A DNA stretch of 64,000 nucleotides from a virus (Duplodnaviria; Caudoviricetes): positions 54,569 through 118,568 of IMG/VR virus record IMGVR_UViG_3300011006_000010; one strand, 5' to 3'. The notes beneath the pieces are model-generated. The model saw nothing but the letters and a program-made list of their open reading frames with translations, had not been told where the DNA came from and made no database searches. A program made the translations under genes and the position numbers. Each line of letters starts with the position of its first letter. Positions within the stretch are counted from its first letter, which is position 1. Positions 19,853-29,535 of this stretch are shown here, one piece after another.

Positions 19853-20187
19853 GTTGATGTAATCAATGTTTTTCCGTTTAAATGATGTAGGTTAGAACGA
19901 GCCTTTATTAGTTGATTTTTTACATCATTTCATACATCATACGCATAAATTTTGCGATTAAAATTGCATTGATAAATACAGCATATTTCTCAATAACAGA
20001 AATTTGAACTTATAAATTATTTGAAATAACCGAAAAAACATTGATGAAACCAACATTTTTTTACTTTTTTGTATTTTATTGATTTAATGACTAAAGTAAA
20101 ATACGATTCAAAATTTAGTTGATTTTTTCAATATATTTTTTAGTTTCAATTTCGAGAATTTCTGTCTTACATCATTTTACATCATTT
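19853..20187. other. Putative attP with integrase arm-type repeats
   Basis: TACATCATTT at 19921, 20168, 20178; TACATCAT at 19933; inverted copy 19880-19889; TTAGTTGATTTTTT at 19908 and 20115; directly downstream of the integrase. Confidence 0.6.
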
Positions 20188-21285
20188 ATAAACATTATTT
20201 AGAGAGTTAATAGATTCCTTGTCAAAATCCTGCGTAACATAAACATCTAAAGTTACCATTACGCTCTTATGACCAAGATAACTCTGAATTACTTTAGGAT
20301 TGACTCCCTTTTTAAACAAAAGAGTAGCGAACGTATGTCTCAGCATATGCATATGAAGCTTTGGAAAGTCAGGATATTTTTTAACGATTTCTTCATAAAG
20401 CCTGCGAAGAGCAGAATTTGCAGACGATGAAGTTACACAGTTCCCTCTAGCGTTGATAAATAGCAAATTAGAATCTGTTTCTGTTCTAAATTTTAACTCA
20501 TTGACAATAGCCTCTTTCGCCATGTTGTTAAGTGGAATTTTCCTTTTTGAAGTTTGTGTTTTCAGGTTGCTTAACTTATGCCCCTTGCCAGATTCGTAAA
20601 TCATTTGAGAGTTAACATCTAGATGATCTTCATGAATGTCTTCTAGACACAACCCAAAACATTCGCCACTTCTCATTCCAGTTGCAAGCACCAGCTTAAA
20701 CAGATTCAAATACTTTACCTGATAAATTCCAGCATAATCTAAAAATATTTTTACCTGTTCCTCATTCAGACATTCAGTCTTTTTTGGAATTTGATGAGAC
20801 TTTAATGGTATAGATGCAAACATATTTCTGTCGACATAACCAACTTGTACTGCATAATCATACATGCTGCTGACGATCGTTCTTGTAGCTCCACATAATC
20901 CAGCAGAATAATCTCTGATTCCATCATAAAGGGCGACTATATCACTGACCTTAACTTTGTTCACTCTGACATTACCGATCTTTTTATGTATATGATTCTT
21001 GTATACTGCATTATAGAAGGTAATCGTTGCTCCTCTAAGATCATTTTTCTTGAGCGAAATCCACTCCTCATATAACTGATCGATCTTAACGTTGCATTTA
21101 GTGTCGTTTAATTTTAAATTATCCTTTGATCTTTCCTCAATTAATTTCTTTTTAATACTTCTCAGACTGCTATCGTAGATATATCTTCTTTTGCCGAACC
21201 TATCAACGTACGTAGCCTGATACGATCCATCTTTTCTTTGTGTAATACCTTTCCCAAGATCCTTGCCTTTTAAACTTTTACCCAT
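20182..21285 (-). CDS. int: Tyrosine integrase with Tn916-type N-terminal arm-binding domain
   Basis: 'GITQRKDGSYQ'; catalytic 'TGMRSGE','HMLRHTFAT','LGH','VY'. Confidence 0.92.
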   Translation of the reverse strand: MGKSLKGKDLGKGITQRKDGSYQATYVDRFGKRRYIYDSSLRSIKKKLIEERSKDNLKLNDTKCNVKIDQLYEEWISLKKNDLRGATITFYNAVYKNHIHKKIGNVRVNKVKVSDIVALYDGIRDYSAGLCGATRTIVSSMYDYAVQVGYVDRNMFASIPLKSHQIPKKTECLNEEQVKIFLDYAGIYQVKYLNLFKLVLATGMRSGECFGLCLEDIHEDHLDVNSQMIYESGKGHKLSNLKTQTSKRKIPLNNMAKEAIVNELKFRTETDSNLLFINARGNCVTSSSANSALRRLYEEIVKKYPDFPKLHMHMLRHTFATLLFKKGVNPKVIQSYLGHKSVMVTLDVYVTQDFDKESINSLNNVYK

Positions 21286-21305
21286 ATTACTCCTTTCTTT
21301 ATAAG

Positions 21306-21356
21306 TAAAAAAGGCTCGTGTATAACCACATTTATCTTATCACGGATACACGAGCT
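21306..21356 (-). terminator. Hairpin/terminator upstream of the integrase
   Basis: On the - strand, GCTCGTGTAT...ATACACGAGC followed by a T run. Confidence 0.55.
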
Positions 21357-21370
21357 TGCATAGTATGTTT

Positions 21371-21922
21371 TTAATAAATGGCGAAAGCTGCTCCAATCCT
21401 CTTTGCAATTTCTTCAGTTGAATATTCAAAGTTGTCATTAATAATAGTAAGGTCGCACATAAATCTTGCGTCTCTATGATTTTCAGTATCTCTTTTAAAA
21501 CGAGCCTTTACTTCTTCTTTGTCATCTCTGACTGCCATACACCTAGCCATTCTAGTATCGTCATCCACATCAAGATAGACGCTCTTGACAACGATACCGT
21601 TCTTGTTTGTCCATTCCTTAAATCGTTTCAGCCCGCTAGGCGTTAGAATTAAAACTTGATTTTCATCTTTGTGAATAGACGATTTTAAAGCTCCATAATG
21701 CCAGTCATTATAAGATTCGGTTTCAATAAAGATATCGTTAGCCATACCCATAATGAATTCCCTTTCGGTATAGAAATGATAGTCAACTCCACTTTTCTCA
21801 TCTTTTCTTTTTGGTCTTGTTGTGACTGTAATGACTTTTTTTAAAATATCTTCTTTGTCAAAGTAATCTGCGAGAGTGGATTTGCCACTCCCACTTTTGC
21901 CAACCAGTACTAGAATCATCAA
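21371..21922 (-). CDS. gmk: Guanylate kinase
   Basis: 'GKSGSGKST','TTRPKR..E..GVDYHF','YG'. Confidence 0.88.
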   Translation of the reverse strand: MMILVLVGKSGSGKSTLADYFDKEDILKKVITVTTRPKRKDEKSGVDYHFYTEREFIMGMANDIFIETESYNDWHYGALKSSIHKDENQVLILTPSGLKRFKEWTNKNGIVVKSVYLDVDDDTRMARCMAVRDDKEEVKARFKRDTENHRDARFMCDLTIINDNFEYSTEEIAKRIGAAFAIY

Positions 21923-21947
21923 TTTCCTCCTTTATTTTGATCTCTGT

Positions 21948-22265
21948 TTAAACTAAATGATTTATGATTGCTACAATGTCTTCATACTTTACAATTGGCA
22001 TATCTACTGCAATTGCATATGCCTCTTCAAGCAGACAGCCTCTTGAATCACATTCGTCAAGCTGCACAAGCATAGAAGCTTTTGACAGAAGTGTTAGCCC
22101 CAGGTCGATATAATCTCTATAGCTAAGCAAATGAGTTTCAGGTAAAATAGGGTTTAAAACAGTAAATCCATTTTTTGTCAGATACTCTTCTGCATTTCTA
22201 AATTTAATATGGTAGTTTTTATCATCGCTGACTTTACCACTTAAAAAAACTAATCCATCTTTCAT
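21948..22265 (-). CDS. DUF4406 / nucleoside deoxyribosyltransferase-like protein
   Basis: 'FLSGKV...F..AE..L...G..VLNP','SRGCLLE...A'. Confidence 0.65.
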   Translation of the reverse strand: MKDGLVFLSGKVSDDKNYHIKFRNAEEYLTKNGFTVLNPILPETHLLSYRDYIDLGLTLLSKASMLVQLDECDSRGCLLEEAYAIAVDMPIVKYEDIVAIINHLV

Positions 22266-22305
22266 AAGCTATTTAATCTCTCCTCATCTCTTCGTTTCTC
22301 TGAAA

Positions 22306-22788
22306 TCATTCCGTATCATCTACGACTCTTTTATAGAAAGCTTCTCTGATACGACTTGCAATAGGAGTTATACTGATCACTCTATCTTCAAGCTTTAACT
22401 TGCTAGACATTGTTCTGATATCATCAATGCCTTGCATATATTCATACGTATCTCCTTTAAAACATTCTCTACAGACAGGTACGTCATTAACTCTAAATAC
22501 GTCTGGTTTTCCACATTTAAAACAGATATGTTTTGCACACTTAAGATACGCATCATTGATCATCTTTAATTCGCCACAGAGACCTCTGCAAGGTGGATTA
22601 TTCGCATTGAAGATAAAAGTAAGCACTCTACTACCTTCGTTGTTAAATCTCATTCCATCAAATTGAATATATGTATCATATTTGTTGGCTAGAGCTTTGA
22701 CATCTTCTCTGATTAAGTCAGAAAATGCATACGCCCATCCTTGTGGAAATCCTGCATTCTTGTAATCGTCCATTAATTCAATCCTCAT
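22306..22788 (-). CDS. Hypothetical protein with CxxC...CxxC zinc finger
   Basis: 'GFPQGW','CFKCGKP','CREC'. Confidence 0.5.
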   Translation of the reverse strand: MRIELMDDYKNAGFPQGWAYAFSDLIREDVKALANKYDTYIQFDGMRFNNEGSRVLTFIFNANNPPCRGLCGELKMINDAYLKCAKHICFKCGKPDVFRVNDVPVCRECFKGDTYEYMQGIDDIRTMSSKLKLEDRVISITPIASRIREAFYKRVVDDTE

Positions 22789-23222
22789 TTACAATAGATA
22801 TGTGTTTTGTGTCTATAGACCACTTTTAATGTTCTCCACCACCCGTGATATGATGATTTTTCACAGAAATATAATGCTTTCATATTGTTATATTTACCAG
22901 CCTTGACTTGCTTCAAGGCTTTTTTTGTGCTTTTGGTGATCTTTGCTCTATTCAGGTATTTTACTGTTACAAACTGATTCTTTGCGTAGATTACTTTTTT
23001 TACTGTGTTGGGAAATTTCTTTGAATAGACACGATTCATAATCGTTCTCCCAACTAGAGTCATACCTTTCACACCATGCGTATGTGCTTCAAGATACATT
23101 ATTTTCTGAATTAGTCTTTCTTCGCTTTTTGTCATCTTATATGATTTGGCATTTACTTTTGTGGGGATAAGCATAAGTGACAGCATAATGATCACTATCA
23201 ATCGTTTTGTTAAGTTATGCAT
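22785..23222 (-). CDS. SleB-like cell wall hydrolase (Hydrolase_2)
   Basis: Signal peptide; 'MYLEA...GMTLVG..IMNRV....FPNTV..VIY..NQF','ALYF'. Confidence 0.85.
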   Translation of the reverse strand: MHNLTKRLIVIIMLSLMLIPTKVNAKSYKMTKSEERLIQKIMYLEAHTHGVKGMTLVGRTIMNRVYSKKFPNTVKKVIYAKNQFVTVKYLNRAKITKSTKKALKQVKAGKYNNMKALYFCEKSSYHGWWRTLKVVYRHKTHIYCK

Positions 23223-23302
23223 TGCCTCACACTCCCTTCTTAAATTTTTATATATTTCTGCAAATGCAAGAAGGAATTGTTATTCAATTCCTTCGCATAA
23301 GA

Positions 23303-23491
23303 TTAAGTACTGCTTAATGACTTTATTATAGAAATACAACTACGACAAATGATGTGTGGCTCTTCTTTTTCGTCATAAAATGTTTTAAAATCTTCTGTGG
23401 CTTCGCCACATACATCACATCTTTCTTTGAATTTAAGTTTTCTGGCAAAAACTACTTCAGATTTTGCGACAGTTCGTTTCTTTCTAGGCAT
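23303..23491 (-). CDS. Small zinc-finger protein
   Basis: CDVC...CRSC. Confidence 0.5.
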   Translation of the reverse strand: MPRKKRTVAKSEVVFARKLKFKERCDVCGEATEDFKTFYDEKEEPHIICRSCISIIKSLSST

Positions 23492-23897
23492 CTTTATATT
23501 TCTTCAGGTTTTCACATGGCTGGATGTAATAGTATTTATATGTTCCATTAGGTAATTTGCCCAAAGGAGAGACAGTCACAGCGATGTCTAAATCTTCGTC
23601 GATATATTTAATTTCGTATAAGAGATCGTCTGAACATAATCCTTCTTCTTTGATGATTGTCCGCAGCAGACAGAAATCGTCTGTATTTCTGATCAGTTTC
23701 ATAAGAAGTTCGTTTTTTTCTTTGTCCCGAACCTGACTATATTTGGTCAGTTCAACAATGTCTCCAACATTGAGACGTTCTTCCTTCTTGTGCATGTTCT
23801 TTCTACTGTCTTTTACGAGCTTACCATTTTCATAGATCTTGACACGCATTCCTTCATTGTCTATAGTCACAATTCTCACTCTAGACGACATCAACAT
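23484..23897 (-). CDS. Hypothetical protein
   Basis: Overlapping operon context. Confidence 0.5.
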   Translation of the reverse strand: MLMSSRVRIVTIDNEGMRVKIYENGKLVKDSRKNMHKKEERLNVGDIVELTKYSQVRDKEKNELLMKLIRNTDDFCLLRTIIKEEGLCSDDLLYEIKYIDEDLDIAVTVSPLGKLPNGTYKYYYIQPCENLKKYKDA

Positions 23898-24120
23898 TGT
23901 CCTCGCTTTCCTCTTTTGTACTGTATGGTTCGATTGTTTCTAATCTGATAATTAATGATCTGATTACATACATGAGGTACAAAATAATAACACTTGAAAT
24001 GAATCCTAAAAATCCATTCAAAGACCAGTGAATGACAAACTGTAATGCAGTAAATACTGTCAATGCTGTTGCTAATCCTAATCCGTAATTAACCAAATCT
24101 CTTCTTTCAAATTCTTCCAT
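23881..24120 (-). CDS. Small two-TM membrane protein
   Basis: Probable start MEEFERR after GGAG; two hydrophobic helices. Confidence 0.5.
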   Translation of the reverse strand: MEEFERRDLVNYGLGLATALTVFTALQFVIHWSLNGFLGFISSVIILYLMYVIRSLIIRLETIEPYSTKEESEDNVDVV

Positions 24121-24403
24121 TTTTAATCTCCGTTTCCTCGATATATCCTTCACAAATATCTGTGTTCTCAAAATGGTGGGTGTCGTCAGTTATGGTTCTA
24201 AATACTTCTTTGAGCACTATTGGTTCAAGCTCTTTCATCATCCAACCCAACATTTCTGGATCAAATACTCCAACCGTCCATCTTACCTCTGATGCGTTAT
24301 GATGGATGTAATATTTATAATTTCTAATGCAACCTGTGTTATGGCATCTTGTGCTACACATCGATATTTTTCTGATTTCCATAAGACTCCTTAAACAAAA
24401 CAA
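24107..24403 (-). CDS. Hypothetical protein
   Basis: ORF in operon context; Cys cluster; real start probably MEIRK. Confidence 0.45.
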   Translation of the reverse strand: MFCLRSLMEIRKISMCSTRCHNTGCIRNYKYYIHHNASEVRWTVGVFDPEMLGWMMKELEPIVLKEVFRTITDDTHHFENTDICEGYIEETEIKNGRI

Positions 24404-24447
24404 TCAATTTATCACTGTTTTATATACGTATTACACCTTTTACCTGA

Positions 24448-24852
24448 TCAATAAAGATTTTTGTTGGCATATGACTTGTCTTCAGCATAATCAAATTCGT
24501 AAGTATCACAAAAAATTTCAACAGCAACCTGGGGGAGATAATATTTGTTTTCTACATCATAGATATCAAAGATGTGCATTTGCGATCCGTCCCATTCTCC
24601 GAAGAACAGCCATGTGTCAAAGACTCTGAATATATCCACATCTAAAGATTGTGCATAATTCCAGAACCCATTTAACGGCTTTCTGCTATCGAGCTTTCCA
24701 TATTTTGAATAGGCTACAACCGATTCTGTTTCATAGTCGTAATGAATAGACACATAGATCCCTTCAGACTCAACTAGAGCATGAATCTCACCGTCAGATT
24801 CAAACATTCTGTTCAGTACGGAGTAAAAACTCTCAGTAGGATCTTGACTCAT
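24448..24852 (-). CDS. RNA-ligase-like (nucleotidyltransferase) protein, short or degenerate
   Basis: 'LFFGEW','IFDIYD','YLPQ'; no clear KxDG motif. Confidence 0.4.
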   Translation of the reverse strand: MSQDPTESFYSVLNRMFESDGEIHALVESEGIYVSIHYDYETESVVAYSKYGKLDSRKPLNGFWNYAQSLDVDIFRVFDTWLFFGEWDGSQMHIFDIYDVENKYYLPQVAVEIFCDTYEFDYAEDKSYANKNLY

Positions 24853-24959
24853 TAATAGTCGTCCTCATCATCTTCATCAAAGAATTCTTCGGTTTCATCA
24901 AAGATGTCATCTCCGACGACGACGATTAATTCTTCAATGTCATCAATCAAATAATCCAT
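24852..24959 (-). CDS. 35-aa highly acidic peptide (not in the ORF track)
   Basis: Manual translation MDYLIDDIEELIVVVGDDIFDETEEFFDEDDEDDY*; 1-nt overlaps with both neighbours. Confidence 0.5.
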   Translation of the reverse strand: MDYLIDDIEELIVVVGDDIFDETEEFFDEDDEDDY

Positions 24960-25462
24960 TATCTTCCTGTGCTCCCAAATCCAATTTCATCACGCTCAGT
25001 TTCACCGAGATCATCAACGATATCCCATCCTTCACCAATAACATTGCCTTCTTCATCGTGCTGAATGGAAACACCATAGTACTCAAGAATCATCTGTGCT
25101 ACTCGTTCATTTTTACGAAGAACAACTTCTTCATTAGATGTATTTTTTAACATCAGGCAGACTTCGCCATGGAAATCTCCGTCAATAATGCCTACAATAT
25201 TAGCTAGAATAATACCCCTCTTAGTTGACAGACCGCTACGTGGATAGATTTTTGCACAGCAGTTGTAATTCATGTCCATTGCAAATCCCATTGGCACCTT
25301 TTTCATTTCATTTGGAGCAAGAGTAACCTCTTCAGGCAGAAATAAATCATAGCCTGCAGATTTCTCTGTTGCTCTTTCAGGCAAGTTGATTTCAGGATTG
25401 ATAATTTTTAATCTAGGCAACAAACTCATCTCCTTTACCATTCTGCAATACGTCTTCGACAT
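24959..25462 (-). CDS. dut: Trimeric dUTPase
   Basis: 'SAGYDL','PRSGL','GIIDGDFHGE','ERVAQ','GFGSTG'; real start probably MSLLPR. Confidence 0.92.
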   Translation of the reverse strand: MSKTYCRMVKEMSLLPRLKIINPEINLPERATEKSAGYDLFLPEEVTLAPNEMKKVPMGFAMDMNYNCCAKIYPRSGLSTKRGIILANIVGIIDGDFHGEVCLMLKNTSNEEVVLRKNERVAQMILEYYGVSIQHDEEGNVIGEGWDIVDDLGETERDEIGFGSTGR

Positions 25463-25679
25463 CGTCTCCTAAAGCATCGTCGTTAGAAGCGGTGAGATTT
25501 AACTTGTCGATATTTCCTGCTTCGCTTACTGGTATGATCTTGATGTTGCGGATGTCAACTGCGCCAAGGCTTTCAATTGCACTAGTTAATACGTTTAACG
25601 AAGCTACTATAGCAAAATCTGAACTCGTATTAGTCACATAAACTCGTGACTTTAAGTCATATTCAACAATATAATCCAT
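25413..25679 (-). CDS. Hypothetical protein
   Basis: AGGAG RBS, operon context. Confidence 0.5.
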   Translation of the reverse strand: MDYIVEYDLKSRVYVTNTSSDFAIVASLNVLTSAIESLGAVDIRNIKIIPVSEAGNIDKLNLTASNDDALGDDVEDVLQNGKGDEFVA

Positions 25680-25690
25680 TTTTTATCTCC

Positions 25691-25900
25691 TTATTTAATA
25701 TGATAACTGCATACGTTATTGAGGTCGATGATGACTTCGCCATCTTTTCCCGAACAACGTAGGAACTGACCGTCAATATATGTGTCTTTAATAAATCTGA
25801 CGATATTTAATCCTGCATCGTCATAGAACTTAAACTTCTCTTCGTTTTGAATAAGACATTCAAACTTGTCTCCGTTATTCATTTTTAGAACGATCTTCAT
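25691..25900 (-). CDS. Hypothetical protein
   Basis: Operon context. Confidence 0.5.
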   Translation of the reverse strand: MKIVLKMNNGDKFECLIQNEEKFKFYDDAGLNIVRFIKDTYIDGQFLRCSGKDGEVIIDLNNVCSYHIK

Positions 25901-26422
25901 TTAGTCACTCCCATCCGACTTGATTTCATAGGTGTAATTTGTACAACTGATGATCTTTGCGTATTGATTGTCGCTAGCCAATTTTACGCCGAGCACATCA
26001 TCATAATGTGATTTTTGATCAGGAATATAACGACCGAATTTAATAATAATGTTCGGCAATTTTTTTAAGACGTCTATAATGTAAGACAACTCTTCTTCTT
26101 TGTACCCCGTATAAATGACGATATCATCGTTACATTGATATTTTATTCTTAAGACTCTAATCAATTCCAAGACATCCCACAGTGAATCAAATGGCTCCAG
26201 CCCAATACAACAGATTGCTTCTGTAATAGGGTTATTGAGATACCGCTTGGCGATATCTGATACGTCTATTTCGATACTGGGCATGGCAGCCAAACTGCTG
26301 TTTTGGCAGATTGGCTTACCATACTCTTTATCACATTTAAATGAACAGTTGGGAAATTCAATAACCATAGATGGTCTTTTATAGTTAATAAAATCTTCAT
26401 CTAAAATATTTTTGACAAACAT
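25901..26422 (-). CDS. nrdG: Anaerobic ribonucleotide reductase activase (radical SAM)
   Basis: 'CSFKC...CQNS','GLEPF','IYTGY','KFGRY','LASDNQ'; adjacent to nrdD. Confidence 0.85.
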   Translation of the reverse strand: MFVKNILDEDFINYKRPSMVIEFPNCSFKCDKEYGKPICQNSSLAAMPSIEIDVSDIAKRYLNNPITEAICCIGLEPFDSLWDVLELIRVLRIKYQCNDDIVIYTGYKEEELSYIIDVLKKLPNIIIKFGRYIPDQKSHYDDVLGVKLASDNQYAKIISCTNYTYEIKSDGSD

Positions 26423-27688
26423 TTAAATTTCCTCTGTTGTCTGATTAATTCTTTCCCATCTACGCATTTTATATTCAGCTTTACGTTCTTTTGAATATGT
26501 TTTAATTGGCGTGTAGAATCCTACGATTCTTGTATATTCAGTTTCTACGGGTTTTCCACATATTGGACAGACACTTCCATAAAATGCATGATTGTTTTCG
26601 CAGGCTTGAATTTTGATATTGAAAGCAAAGTATGTAACTCCTTGATCGGCAATATAGTTTGTCATCTTCCATGCTTTATCAAACGAATCAAACGGAGCAT
26701 CAATATTAGCATGAAGAATAGATCCGCCATTACAGAACCCGTCAAATAAAGAAGCGATTCTCACTCTTTCCTGCAACGTTGTTTTAATACCTAGAGGAAT
26801 AAACTGATTTCCATACAGAGGAAGATCGTAAATATCTGCGTCAGGATAGAAAAACATATCTTTTTGCATCAATTTAGCAGCGGCTGTTTCTCCAGGTATC
26901 TGCTCAGTATTAATCTGATAGTTGCAACGTTCTCTTGTGATAAAATCATCGGCGGCTTTACGCATTGTTTTAAAAATTTTATCACCAAGAGCTGACGCCT
27001 TTTCATCATAATATGTATTTCCAAATTCGTCTTGATATGTATACCCAAATTTTTTCATTGTTTCATAGATGCCAATAAATCCATTTGTATTGTAAAGATG
27101 ATCAAAATCTACAAGCCCATGGCTGAAATTTGGGAGCAATCCTTTATCTACATTTCGCTTAATGATATATCTAACTCTATCAAGAGCCATCAAATTAATA
27201 TTTACACGATGTCTCAATTCATCTAAATACTCTTCTTCTGAATTTGTATCTAAAGCGATACGAGCTAAGTTGATAGTAGAAACCTTAACAGATCCAACTT
27301 TTAATGCCGTCCCCCCGATACTGTTAAAATAACCCAGGTCTTCAATATTTGACTTGAGTCTACAACAATTACTCAAGCTATTGACGGAACTGTCGATAAA
27401 CAGGTTTGAATCAGACCATTTCATATTATGTTTGATTGCCCATTTGGCAAATTCTTCATCTACAAATTTTCCATCTTGTCTCAACAAAGAAATGGTGCTG
27501 ACCGGGAACGTAAACATATTAGTAGAACGAATTTCACTCATGACTTCCATGTACCATTTTTGAAATTCAATAATTTCTTCTTCATAATCAATCATGAAAG
27601 TCCCGTCAGGAAATATCGCTCCTCCAAACAACGCTTCAAAATAAGGATGGTCAAATACGCTTGTATTAGTAAATGCACTTTGAGAACC
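26423..27688 (-). CDS. nrdD: Class III ribonucleotide reductase, exon 2
   Basis: 'QSAFTN','TFPV','NCCRL','EQIPGE','CPICG','TRIVGFY' glycyl-radical loop. Confidence 0.9.
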   Translation of the reverse strand, partial: GSQSAFTNTSVFDHPYFEALFGGAIFPDGTFMIDYEEEIIEFQKWYMEVMSEIRSTNMFTFPVSTISLLRQDGKFVDEEFAKWAIKHNMKWSDSNLFIDSSVNSLSNCCRLKSNIEDLGYFNSIGGTALKVGSVKVSTINLARIALDTNSEEEYLDELRHRVNINLMALDRVRYIIKRNVDKGLLPNFSHGLVDFDHLYNTNGFIGIYETMKKFGYTYQDEFGNTYYDEKASALGDKIFKTMRKAADDFITRERCNYQINTEQIPGETAAAKLMQKDMFFYPDADIYDLPLYGNQFIPLGIKTTLQERVRIASLFDGFCNGGSILHANIDAPFDSFDKAWKMTNYIADQGVTYFAFNIKIQACENNHAFYGSVCPICGKPVETEYTRIVGFYTPIKTYSKERKAEYKMRRWERINQTTEEI

Positions 27689-28846
27689 CATGCTATCTTA
27701 TGTTTCCATAAGCACTGACTATTTTTTACTACCTTTATTACCGATAGTATCTCTCTTTCAGACAACGTGCCAATAGTTGCCTTACTCTTCTTCGCGAAGA
27801 TAGTCGATACAGGCTTCAAACTAATTATTTTTTCTTAGTGGATATTCATATTCTTCTCTGTGATACATTTTGGTTGTACCGTTTTTTATTCCTATGATAA
27901 CATTTACAGGCACGTTATATTTTTTTGCAATTTTATTTAATGAAATACTTGTGTCTTTTATTAAATGAATTATTTCCGTTACCTGATCATAAGTAAAAGA
28001 TGCTGGGTTTGATGTATTTTTGAATTTTCTTATAGGATAATCTATGTTGTCTCTTTTATGCCAAATTCCTTTATTTATTCTAGATATTGCCCTTCCTTCG
28101 ACATTATATAATTTTCCAATCTCTTCAAAAGACTTATATGTTTTTTGCAATAAATATATTATTGAATCAATATCTTCGTCATGAATTTTTCCAACAATAT
28201 TTTTACTATTTCTGATTGGATAATTATTTTTAGGGTTATAATATGACTTTCCTTTATCTATTTCGTTTACTGTTGTGGAGGAAAGATTATATTTTCTACC
28301 AATCTCTCTGAAGCTTAATGAGGTATATTGTAAGTCACTAATAAGTTCGATTAATATTCCTTCATCTAGCAATGATTCTGGATGATTAATTCCTTTATAA
28401 ATAGGAGGACTCTCTCCGCCTTTTGTAATGTTATAACCGTTTGGAGTTATTGAATTATAATATTTAATCCAATATTTTTCTCTTTCGTTATAATTAGGAA
28501 TCGATCTTTCTAATACTTCAAACCAAAAATGTTCTTTGCCATATTTTTGTATTGCTCTTGCAATTATTTCTCTTTTTGCGGAACTAGGTTTACAATGTTC
28601 TTGAAATCTTTCTTTTGTGTTAATTGCTTGACCAATATAAACTTTATTGTTTATGTCGTTTTTTATAATATAAATATCTTTTTTAATGCAATTCTTCTCC
28701 TTTTAATAATATATGAATATCTAATTAGTTTGATTCCCACGAGATTGCCATATTTGTAAGTGCTAAACAAACTTAGGTTTCCTCGTTAGCCATTTTTTAA
28801 TGACCCCATTGGCTAATGGAAAAGAGATAAACGGACAATTCTACTT
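27689..28846 (-). mobile_element. Group I intron in nrdD carrying a homing endonuclease
   Basis: Splicing restores YVRD|GSQSAFTN in frame; P1 GGAU|AAGUAGAAUUGUCC with U.G at the splice site; P/Q elements CUAACGAGGAAACC and GGCAAUCUCGUGGG; R 'UCGACUAU'; P9 CUUAUG-GAAA-CAUAAG; terminal G at 27689. Confidence 0.88.
27821..28687 (-). CDS. Intron-encoded GIY-YIG homing endonuclease (~288 aa, ATT start)
   Basis: In-frame extension of the track ORF: 'KKDIYIIKNDINNKVYIGQA...RF..H...REKYWI..YNS..PNGYN...GG' followed by repeated HTH modules; AAGGAG lies 9 nt before ATT. Confidence 0.8.
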   Translation of the reverse strand: MKKDIYIIKNDINNKVYIGQAINTKERFQEHCKPSSAKREIIARAIQKYGKEHFWFEVLERSIPNYNEREKYWIKYYNSITPNGYNITKGGESPPIYKGINHPESLLDEGILIELISDLQYTSLSFREIGRKYNLSSTTVNEIDKGKSYYNPKNNYPIRNSKNIVGKIHDEDIDSIIYLLQKTYKSFEEIGKLYNVEGRAISRINKGIWHKRDNIDYPIRKFKNTSNPASFTYDQVTEIIHLIKDTSISLNKIAKKYNVPVNVIIGIKNGTTKMYHREEYEYPLRKNN

Positions 28847-29530
28847 ATCCCTGACGTAAGGTTGATTTACAGCATAAATAAATCTTTGGAAATTCTGATT
28901 AGCGTATTTTCTTTCACTCCCTGAAGATTTAATTCCTAAATAGTCGTTATTCACATCTTTTTTCCAGAAGTAAAACATATAAGGAATGATATTTGGGAGT
29001 CCAACTGCGCCGCTGGATCTGTTCGCACTGTAACTCACAAACTCTTTAACGAAATCAACAAACGTTGTTAGGTGCATTGCCGGCTGGGCATTTAATCCTT
29101 CGATAAAATAAAGCCCCTTTTCCGCCAAATCTTTCAAATCAAACGCAAAGCAATAAGGCTTTATAGACGAAGATGGAGCATCATGCATATATAAGTCTCC
29201 AATCCATTCCATTTTTAGCCATTCATTAGCTGTTTTAAATCCGTATTTTTTTTGGATTTCATAATATATTTTGTTAAATGCCAACAATTTTAAATGAGGC
29301 TTGGACATTTCTCTTTCCAATGCAACAACGTCTTTATGTCCAACATTCGCATTTCCATCAATTGAAGCGTCAGCTACAGTATCTTTATCAACGAAATTAT
29401 CAATGAATTCAGTATAGTCCAATTGTTCATCGCCAAAGCCATTAAGACGAGCAATGTCAGTCCCATAATCGCTTTGCAGTTTGTTATATTGCGTTGTAAA
29501 ATTTTTGTTCAACTTAATATTAATCTGCAT
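28847..29530 (-). CDS. nrdD: Class III ribonucleotide reductase, exon 1
   Basis: 'DGNANV','LYMHD','PYCFA','SGAVGLP','FQRFIY.VNQP'. Confidence 0.88.
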
Positions 29531-29535
29531 ATGCC

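Noticed and set aside
27592-27819. 75-aa ORF at the intron 3' end
   Set aside because: It overlaps the intron catalytic core and nrdD exon 2 in another frame.
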